Source: an uncultured Alphaproteobacteria bacterium (lineage in GTDB: Bacteria; Pseudomonadota; Alphaproteobacteria; Rs-D84). From it: 64,000 nucleotides of DNA. How positions within the stretch are numbered: position 1 is the stretch's first letter; each line of letters opens with the position of its first letter. The notes under the pieces were generated by a model. That model saw only the letters and a list, made by a program, of their open reading frames with translations. It ran no database searches and was not told where the DNA came from. Location: NCBI GenBank assembly GCA_944392565.1, contig CALXWX010000001.1, positions 1,444-65,443 of the forward strand, read 5' to 3'. Positions 57,159-64,000 of the stretch are shown here, piece after piece. Made by a program: the position numbers and the translations under genes.

Positions 57159-58247
57159 ATGGAGAGCAGAATTAAATTTTCCGCAATTGTTGCTTTAATC
57201 GGCATTACATGCGCAAACAGTGCATATGCCTGTACAGGCATAACATTGAAATCCAAAGATGATGGTGTTGTTACCGCCCGCACAATTGAATGGGGCGAAT
57301 CAGAAATGGAAAATATGTACACCATTGTCCCACGCGGATATATCCAGCAATCAATGTTGCCAAACGGTGAAACCGGCGGCATGGCTTTTTCCAGCATGTA
57401 TGGTTATGTCGGATTGGCGGTTGTTGAACCGGGCTGGGTCGTTGACGGCATGAACGAAGCGGGCTTGTCCGCGGGGCTGTTCTATTTTCCGGGCTATGGT
57501 GAATACCCAGAATATAATCCTGAAAACCGTGCAAAAACAATTTCTGACTTTCAGCTGGTATCATGGATACTGTCGCGCTTTTCCACGGTTGACCAGGTAC
57601 GCAATGCAATCCAAGACATCGATGTGGTCAGCATTGATCCACGCGCATCAACCGCGCATTGGCGTGTCAGTGAACCATCCGGCAAACAAATAATCATCGA
57701 ATTTGTTGATGGACACGCCCAGGTATACGACAGTGAACTGGGGGTTTTAACAAATTCACCAGAATATCCATGGCAACTGAAAAATTTAAATAATTATGTG
57801 AACTTAATCCCTGGTACGGCGGGTCCGGTACAATTTGGTCCAATAACACTGCGCGCATTTGGTGCGGGATCTGGATTTCTGGGATTGCCGGGTGATTTTA
57901 CACCGCCATCCCGATTCGTTCGCGCCGCATTTTTACAAAATTATTCTATTCAACAAGACACATCATATGAATCCGCGATGCAGGCATTTCATATACTGAA
58001 TAATTTTGATGTACCATTGGGTACTGAATACCCGGTTGGACGCGCACCGGTTAATATGCCATCTGCGACACAATGGACCGTGGCGACCGATATGCATGAT
58101 AAAATTGTGTACTATAATACAATGTATAATCGAACATTGCGTTCAATTGATTTGAACCAGATTGACTTTGCAAATATCGCATTTCAATCGCATCCATTGG
58201 ACACAATTAAATCAGAAACAATTATACCGGTTCAAATAAACGAATAA
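57159..58247 (+). CDS. Secreted Ntn-hydrolase of the choloylglycine hydrolase/penicillin V acylase family
   Basis: A signal peptide ends ...AYA followed by Cys (CTGITLKSKDDGVVTARTIEW). An N-terminal nucleophile Cys after the signal is the family hallmark. Confidence 0.65.
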   Translation: MESRIKFSAIVALIGITCANSAYACTGITLKSKDDGVVTARTIEWGESEMENMYTIVPRGYIQQSMLPNGETGGMAFSSMYGYVGLAVVEPGWVVDGMNEAGLSAGLFYFPGYGEYPEYNPENRAKTISDFQLVSWILSRFSTVDQVRNAIQDIDVVSIDPRASTAHWRVSEPSGKQIIIEFVDGHAQVYDSELGVLTNSPEYPWQLKNLNNYVNLIPGTAGPVQFGPITLRAFGAGSGFLGLPGDFTPPSRFVRAAFLQNYSIQQDTSYESAMQAFHILNNFDVPLGTEYPVGRAPVNMPSATQWTVATDMHDKIVYYNTMYNRTLRSIDLNQIDFANIAFQSHPLDTIKSETIIPVQINE

Positions 58248-58251
58248 TACA

Positions 58252-59358
58252 ATGAAAACACAAAAAATTTATTTTACCGCAATTGCGGGGCTGGCATTAT
58301 TATGCATTAATACCGCATTCGCATGTACCGGCATAACATTGACCACAAACGATGATGCAATAATTGTCGCACGCACAATGGATTGGTCGCGCGAAGAAAT
58401 GGACAGTTTTTATTTAATTGCCCCACGGAACTATATGCATCAGTCCATGCTGCCAAATGGCGATTCAGGGGGCATGATTTTTGCCGGCAAATACGGATAT
58501 GTTGGATTGGGACTAGAAATGTCTGAATTTGTGATAGATGGCATAAACGAAACTGGTCTGTCCGCCGCCCTGTTTTATTTTCCAGAATACGGTAAATATG
58601 AACAATACGACCCGACCTACAAATCACATACATTGTCCGACGCCCAGGTTGTTTCATGGATACTATCACAATTTTCCAACATAGATGAATTAAAAGAAGC
58701 AATAAAAAATATACGAATTGTTCATGTTGACCCACGCATAGACACCCTGCACTGGCGCATTACCGAACCATCAGGACGCCAGGTAATAATGGAAATAACA
58801 GATAATGGACATGTAAATTTTTACGACAGCAAACTGGGCGTATTTACAAACGCCCCCAATTACCCATGGCATTTAAAAAATTTAAATAATTATGTAAATT
58901 TAAAACCAGGAACAGCGGGTCCTGTTCAATTTGGTCCAATAACACTGCGCGCATTTGGCGCGGGGTCTGGACTGCTGGGGATACCGGGGGATTTTACCCC
59001 ACCATCACGTTTCGTTCGCGCCGCATTTTTGCAAACATACGCATTAAAGCAAAATACCGCATACGATGCGATTGCCACAGCATTTCATATTTTAAATAAT
59101 TTCGATGTGCCATTGGGTGTGCAATTCGCACCCGGCGCCGCACCAGACGACATGCCATCTGCAACCCAATGGACAATTGCCAGCGACACAAAAAATAAAA
59201 TTGTTTACTATCATACAATGTATAATCGCACATTGCGCATGATTGATTTAAGCAACATTGATTTCCAAACTGTGGAATTTCAAACCCACCCTTTAGACAT
59301 AACACGCACAGAAAATATTATCCCGGCACAAATAAATACAGCCCAGCAAAACCAATAA
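58252..59358 (+). CDS. Secreted Ntn-hydrolase paralog (choloylglycine hydrolase family)
   Basis: FACTGITLTTNDDAIIVARTMDW is present. The protein is colinear and highly similar to the upstream gene. Confidence 0.65.
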   Translation: MKTQKIYFTAIAGLALLCINTAFACTGITLTTNDDAIIVARTMDWSREEMDSFYLIAPRNYMHQSMLPNGDSGGMIFAGKYGYVGLGLEMSEFVIDGINETGLSAALFYFPEYGKYEQYDPTYKSHTLSDAQVVSWILSQFSNIDELKEAIKNIRIVHVDPRIDTLHWRITEPSGRQVIMEITDNGHVNFYDSKLGVFTNAPNYPWHLKNLNNYVNLKPGTAGPVQFGPITLRAFGAGSGLLGIPGDFTPPSRFVRAAFLQTYALKQNTAYDAIATAFHILNNFDVPLGVQFAPGAAPDDMPSATQWTIASDTKNKIVYYHTMYNRTLRMIDLSNIDFQTVEFQTHPLDITRTENIIPAQINTAQQNQ

Positions 59359-59442
59359 AAATATTTATTGCGGCACAATTTGCCTTTTCCCTAAATCAGA
59401 CTATAATTTAAATTATATCTAAAAAACCAAGGGGGAAATATC

Positions 59443-60681
59443 ATGAAAATAAAACCATTTGCCGGCATTCGCCCACCGCGTGAAATCGCAGACCAGGTCG
59501 CATCCCGTCCATATGATGTCTTGAATTCTGTTGAGGCAAAATCCGAAGCCGGTGAAAAATCATTACTGCACATAATAAAGCCAGAAATTGATTTTGACCC
59601 AATAATCGACGAACATTCTCAGCCCGCATATGATAAAGCCGTCGAAAACTTTAAAAAATGGCAAGAACGCGGATGGCTGGTTCCAGATGATAAAGAAATG
59701 TACTATATCTACGCCCAAACAATGAACGGGCGCACACAATACGGTCTGGTTGCGGCGGCAAATGTTGATGATTATATGACCGGAAAAATCAAAAAGCACG
59801 AATTAACACGCAAAGATAAAGAAGACGACCGCATGATCCATGTTCGTATTCAAAATGCAAATATAGAACCTGTATTTTTCGCATATCCTGATGTTGATGA
59901 AATGAACAAAATTATATCTGAATATGTTGCATCACACACACCCGAATATGATTTTGTTGCCCCCGATGGATTTGGTCATACATTTTGGAAAATTGATGAT
60001 GATAAAATAATAAACAGAATAACAGAAATATTCCGTGATATCCCCGCACTATATGTTGCCGATGGTCATCACAGAACCGCCGCCGCTGCGCGCGTTGGTG
60101 CGGAAAAACGCACACAAAACCCAAATCATACCGGCAATGAAGAATATAACTATTTCTTGGCGGTAATTTTCCCCGCCAGTCAATTGCATGTAATCGATTA
60201 CAATCGCGTGGTGCGTGATTTAAATGGTTTGACCCCGAATGAATTCTTGGAAAAATTACGCGAATCATTTGATGTTGTCGATATGGGTACCGAAATTTAC
60301 AAGCCAAACAAATTGCATAACTTTGGTATGTATTTAAATGGACATTGGTATTCATTAACCGCCCTGCCCGGAACATACAACGACAACGATCCAATTGGCG
60401 TATTAGATGTAACAGTATTATCAAATCTGGTATTTGACAAGATATTAAACCTGGGCGATCTGCGCACCAGCCAGCGTATCGACTTTGTCGGCGGCATTCG
60501 TGGTCTGGGCGAATTACAGAAACGCGTTGATTCTGGTGAAATGATGGCGGCATTTGCAATGTACCCAGTTACAATGCAACAGATTATTGATATTGCCGAC
60601 ACAGGAAATATCATGCCACCAAAAACAACATGGTTTGAACCAAAACTGCGCAGCGGTTTGGTAATACATAAACTGTCATAA
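59443..60681 (+). CDS. DUF1015 family protein
   Basis: MKIKPFAGIRPPREIADQVASRPYDVLNSVEA matches the characteristic DUF1015 N-terminus. The Shine-Dalgarno sequence is aagggggaaa. Confidence 0.6.
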   Translation: MKIKPFAGIRPPREIADQVASRPYDVLNSVEAKSEAGEKSLLHIIKPEIDFDPIIDEHSQPAYDKAVENFKKWQERGWLVPDDKEMYYIYAQTMNGRTQYGLVAAANVDDYMTGKIKKHELTRKDKEDDRMIHVRIQNANIEPVFFAYPDVDEMNKIISEYVASHTPEYDFVAPDGFGHTFWKIDDDKIINRITEIFRDIPALYVADGHHRTAAAARVGAEKRTQNPNHTGNEEYNYFLAVIFPASQLHVIDYNRVVRDLNGLTPNEFLEKLRESFDVVDMGTEIYKPNKLHNFGMYLNGHWYSLTALPGTYNDNDPIGVLDVTVLSNLVFDKILNLGDLRTSQRIDFVGGIRGLGELQKRVDSGEMMAAFAMYPVTMQQIIDIADTGNIMPPKTTWFEPKLRSGLVIHKLS

Positions 60682-60687
60682 CAAAAT

Positions 60688-60720
60688 AAAAAATCCCGCA
60701 TTGCGGGATTTTTTATTTTG
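60688..60720. terminator. Bidirectional terminator atcccgcattgcgggat
   Basis: Read directly. Confidence 0.5.
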
Positions 60721-62125
60721 CAAAGAATCTATTATAAACTTTCTCGTTTATTTTGACCGGATATTCCCGAATTAAAAACGCATTATAATCATCCATTATT
60801 TCCTGGGCGGACATTTTTTCCAATTCTGTACGAATATTTGCCATTTTTTTATCGTCCACATCTGGGGCAATTTCTTTTTCAACATGCAATACATAAAATG
60901 CATCGCCCCCTGATACGATTGAATTAGACCCAATTTCTGAATTAAATGCCGCATTTAAAACATCCACCGGCGCACCCGATGCCCGCGAAACAGTTTTTGT
61001 CTGTTTGCCGTCCAATGTTCCATTTTGATTCAAATCAACCAACAATTCATTTGCACGAACATATGCTTGCTTGCGTTGTTCTGCGCGCCGCCATGCATCA
61101 ACTAAATTATCTTTGACATCATCAAATTCCGCATTATGCGCCGGAATAATTTTATCAACACGAACAATAACAAAACCATGTTTTGTTTCAATCAGTTCGC
61201 TTTCCAGTCCTTCTTCCATGTCAAAAATATTTTTCATCATGGCATCTGTCAAAATCACATCGACTGGACGGCTGTCTGCATCAAATGTCCCCAGCGCAAC
61301 AAATTTGGCATCATGATTTTTCGCCGCTGTTTCCATTGTTTCGCCACCGATAATATCGTCTTCAACCGATATCGCATTTTGATACGCCGCGTCATATTCA
61401 TCTGGCTTGTCCATATCCGCCGGTACCAATACATAAGAAACCGTGCGCTGTTCTGGGACCGTATGCGGATTTTGTTCATAATACGCACGCAAATCTTCTT
61501 GTGTTGGCGTACCAACTTTAAAATCATCAAATTTAACAGTTGTATAATCAATCTGACGCTGTGCATACCGGGCATCATACGCCGCGCGTACTGCAAATTC
61601 TGGGACTGGCAATGGCACCGAAATCCCCCCCAATACATAACCACGCAACACCTGGCGCCGCAGAACATCTGCGAATGCTACCTCGCTATATCCGCTGTTT
61701 GCCAAAACAGTATCGAATAAATAAGTCGAAAATTGCCCATTCATCTGAAATTCTGGAAAATCACGAATTTCACGCGCAATTTGTGCATCTGTTACAACGA
61801 ACCCCAAATCATTGGCACGATTTTCCGCCATTGCCTGGGTTGTTAATGTTGACAGCACATTGCGATTTAATGCATCTGACAAAGCCGCATCTGCATATGT
61901 TGCGCGCTGCTGTTCACGTGTCATATTTGCCAATTCACGCGATTTTTCCAGACTGAAATCCTGGATTGTAATTTCAGCATCACCAACATGCACCAATGTT
62001 GTATCACTGGCGGTGCCACCAAAAATCCATTCTGCAACACCCCAGCCAACAAACGAAAATGCCAATAAAGCAATTAAAATTTTTGCAACCGGTTTATCCG
62101 CCGCATTTCGTAAATATTCTAGCAT
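60713..62125 (-). CDS. Periplasmic chaperone / peptidyl-prolyl isomerase PpiD-like (N-terminal TM anchor plus SurA-N-like domain)
   Basis: An N-terminal TM helix (ILIALLAFSFVGWGVAEWIF) is followed by a long soluble domain. The family assignment rests on architecture only. Confidence 0.45.
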   Translation of the reverse strand: MLEYLRNAADKPVAKILIALLAFSFVGWGVAEWIFGGTASDTTLVHVGDAEITIQDFSLEKSRELANMTREQQRATYADAALSDALNRNVLSTLTTQAMAENRANDLGFVVTDAQIAREIRDFPEFQMNGQFSTYLFDTVLANSGYSEVAFADVLRRQVLRGYVLGGISVPLPVPEFAVRAAYDARYAQRQIDYTTVKFDDFKVGTPTQEDLRAYYEQNPHTVPEQRTVSYVLVPADMDKPDEYDAAYQNAISVEDDIIGGETMETAAKNHDAKFVALGTFDADSRPVDVILTDAMMKNIFDMEEGLESELIETKHGFVIVRVDKIIPAHNAEFDDVKDNLVDAWRRAEQRKQAYVRANELLVDLNQNGTLDGKQTKTVSRASGAPVDVLNAAFNSEIGSNSIVSGGDAFYVLHVEKEIAPDVDDKKMANIRTELEKMSAQEIMDDYNAFLIREYPVKINEKVYNRFFAK

Positions 62126-62193
62126 TTAATCCCCTTTTGCGATACCATAGCAAAACGATATCAGAAAAATCAACGAAAAAAAGGGGAAAATAC

Positions 62194-62895
62194 ATGAAAA
62201 TTATCGCTGGAAATTGGAAAATGAACGGCAGTCGCGATGCATTAAAAAACATGATTAACGCACTGCAAGACATCGATTCGGAAAATACAATTATATTATG
62301 CGTTCCATATACAATGCTGGGGCTGGACGGGGGGCGCGTATCAATGGGCGCCCAAGATGTCAGCCAACATGACCATGGTGCATACACTGGCGAAGTTTCT
62401 GCCCAAATGATTGCAGCAACTGGCGCAAAATATGTAATTGTCGGTCACAGCGAACGCCGCCAATATCACGGTGAAACAAATGATATTGTCCGCCAGAAAT
62501 CTGCCGCCGCAATTGCGCTTGGATTAACACCAATAATTTGCGTTGGTGAAACAATGGACGAAAAACAGGCTGGCAAAACAATGGCGATTATTGAATCTGG
62601 GGTTCGCGAATCAATTCCAACAGATGCCCGAAATGTAATTGTTGCATACGAACCGCGTTGGGCAATTGGTGCGGGATTGACCCCGACAGACACCGAAATC
62701 GCCGACGCCCACAAATTAATTGCCGACACACTGGAATCAATGGGCATGGGCGGCACACCAATATTATACGGCGCCAGTGTCAAGGGCGCAAACGCCGCGC
62801 AAATAATGTCTATCCCAAATGTTGATGGCGTATTGGTTGGCGGTGCATCCTTGAAACCAGACGATTTCATACCTATAATAACCAGTGTGAAATAA
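62194..62895 (+). CDS. tpiA: Triosephosphate isomerase
   Basis: MKIIAGNWKMNG...VGHSERR...AYEPRWAIG(A)G...VGGASLK match the TIM motifs. The Shine-Dalgarno sequence is aaaggggaaaa. The ORF track start at 61996 is an alternative start inside the upstream gene. Confidence 0.9.
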   Translation: MKIIAGNWKMNGSRDALKNMINALQDIDSENTIILCVPYTMLGLDGGRVSMGAQDVSQHDHGAYTGEVSAQMIAATGAKYVIVGHSERRQYHGETNDIVRQKSAAAIALGLTPIICVGETMDEKQAGKTMAIIESGVRESIPTDARNVIVAYEPRWAIGAGLTPTDTEIADAHKLIADTLESMGMGGTPILYGASVKGANAAQIMSIPNVDGVLVGGASLKPDDFIPIITSVK

Positions 62896-62961
62896 ATATA
62901 TAGTTTAAACGGGGGTGAATATCCGCCACCCCCACGCTATAAAAACAATGGGTATTTTGAC

Positions 62962-63513
62962 ATGGATGATAAAAAAGAAGTAAAAGTAGATTCGGTTTCA
63001 ATCAGTGATACAAACACTGATGATACAGAAACCCAACAAAATTCAACTGATAAAATCAATACGGATACAGATGAACAAATTGAAAAACTGACCGCCCAAG
63101 TATCTGAATTAACAGATAAATATCTGCGTACCGCCGCTGAACTGGAAAACACGCGTCGTCGTGCGGCATTGGATATTGAATCTGCGGCGCGGAACCGTGC
63201 GATATCAATTACGAAAAAATTTCTGCCAGTGATGGATGCAATCGAATCGGCAAAAAAACACAATCCTGATGATGCGGGAATAAAATCCATGGCACTGGCA
63301 ATGGAAAGTGCATTTGCCCAAATCGGAATTACAAAAATAGAATCAATTGGTCAGCCATTAAACCCAATGTTTCATAACGCGGTCCAGGTCGTTCCAATCC
63401 CCGCAGATGCGAATCCAAAACCTGAACCAAATACAATTGCCACAGAAATGCAAACCGGGTACATGTTTGGCGACACAGTTCTGCGTACCGCGATGGTCAG
63501 TGTGTATAAATAA
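62962..63513 (+). CDS. grpE: Nucleotide exchange factor GrpE
   Basis: LTAQVSELTDKYLRTAAELENTRRRAALDIESA and a C-terminal beta domain match GrpE. Confidence 0.8.
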   Translation: MDDKKEVKVDSVSISDTNTDDTETQQNSTDKINTDTDEQIEKLTAQVSELTDKYLRTAAELENTRRRAALDIESAARNRAISITKKFLPVMDAIESAKKHNPDDAGIKSMALAMESAFAQIGITKIESIGQPLNPMFHNAVQVVPIPADANPKPEPNTIATEMQTGYMFGDTVLRTAMVSVYK

Positions 63514-63546
63514 AAAATCCACCAAATGGTGGATTTTTTATTAACG
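63513..63546. terminator. Bidirectional terminator atccaccaaatggtggat
   Basis: Read directly. Confidence 0.5.
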
Positions 63547-63993
63547 CTGCTTTCCTGATTTTGAACATATTTGACTTTTTATAAATTGAATTTTTTCATC
63601 AAGTGTCCGTCTAATTTGTTCATTATCCATGGGTTTTATTAAACGAACAAAATCGCGTCGCCCCGCATCTATTTCAATATCCCGACGCCACGCACGCAAC
63701 GACATACGCGGCGAATAGTAATAACGTGATTTATGCATGCTTACTTTTATCCCATTTCTTGTGAACAAATGTTGGGCAACATCTAAATAATCTTCATTTA
63801 ATGGGAAAAAATAAAAATACGAAACATTATTACGCGCCTTTAAAAATACCGCCTCTGACGCCATTGATGACAACAACTGGGCATCTAATACCGGTGTTGA
63901 TTCTGTATTTTTCATACGCGGTGTAAAAAAACTCTTTATAATTTCTATACTTTCATACCAAGCCATCTTAATAACCTTTTGTTTAGCCACCAT
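63541..63993 (-). CDS. Hypothetical protein (start near the window edge)
   Basis: A 150-aa ORF with no recognised family. Its start codon lies within 7 nt of the window end, so the N-terminus is uncertain. Confidence 0.35.
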   Translation of the reverse strand: MVAKQKVIKMAWYESIEIIKSFFTPRMKNTESTPVLDAQLLSSMASEAVFLKARNNVSYFYFFPLNEDYLDVAQHLFTRNGIKVSMHKSRYYYSPRMSLRAWRRDIEIDAGRRDFVRLIKPMDNEQIRRTLDEKIQFIKSQICSKSGKQR

Positions 63994-64000
63994 ATAATAT

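Overview
This is an AT-rich bacterial chromosomal segment. The housekeeping complement reads as alphaproteobacterial: a strong CcrM homolog, NrdR, and an rpsF-rpsR-rplI operon. It carries clpB (5' part, off-window), rpmB, tRNA-Leu, rpsU, tRNA-Ala, clpX/clpP, ccrM, nrdR, slt, recO, a DsbA-like gene, pgk, rnhB, infA, tpiA and grpE.

Three kinds of non-core material are interspersed.

1. An envelope and secretome block spans about 16.6–33.6 kb. It holds a giant OmpA-domain protein, a MotA/MotB-like pair, and a tandem family of large secreted cysteine-rich paralogs. It is flanked by a Pmp-like (GGAI/FxxN repeat) autotransporter.

2. An ~18.4-kb island sits at tRNA-Gln(CTG), bounded by a 44-bp direct repeat of the tRNA 5' part (34038–34081 and 52467–52510). 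It encodes a second MsbA-like ABC exporter with an 11-nt poly-C tract, a sigma-70 region 4-like regulator, two S41-like peptidases, three HExxH proteins, an S8 subtilase, four GNAT acetyltransferases, a kinase-like protein, a FlaR-like P-loop kinase, a TGA-interrupted pseudogene, and an SF2 helicase with six C-terminal 73-aa tandem repeats. A second, longer Pmp-like autotransporter paralog lies just outside the island's right edge.

3. Three copies of a modular palindromic intergenic repeat element occur, plus a separate ~105-bp imperfect palindrome inside the ribosomal operon and partial tRNA duplications at tRNA-Ala and tRNA-Gln.

The supplied ORF track translates TTG and GTG starts as M, so several starts were trimmed to the nearest ATG with a Shine-Dalgarno sequence. 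No CRISPR array, integrase or transposase was seen.
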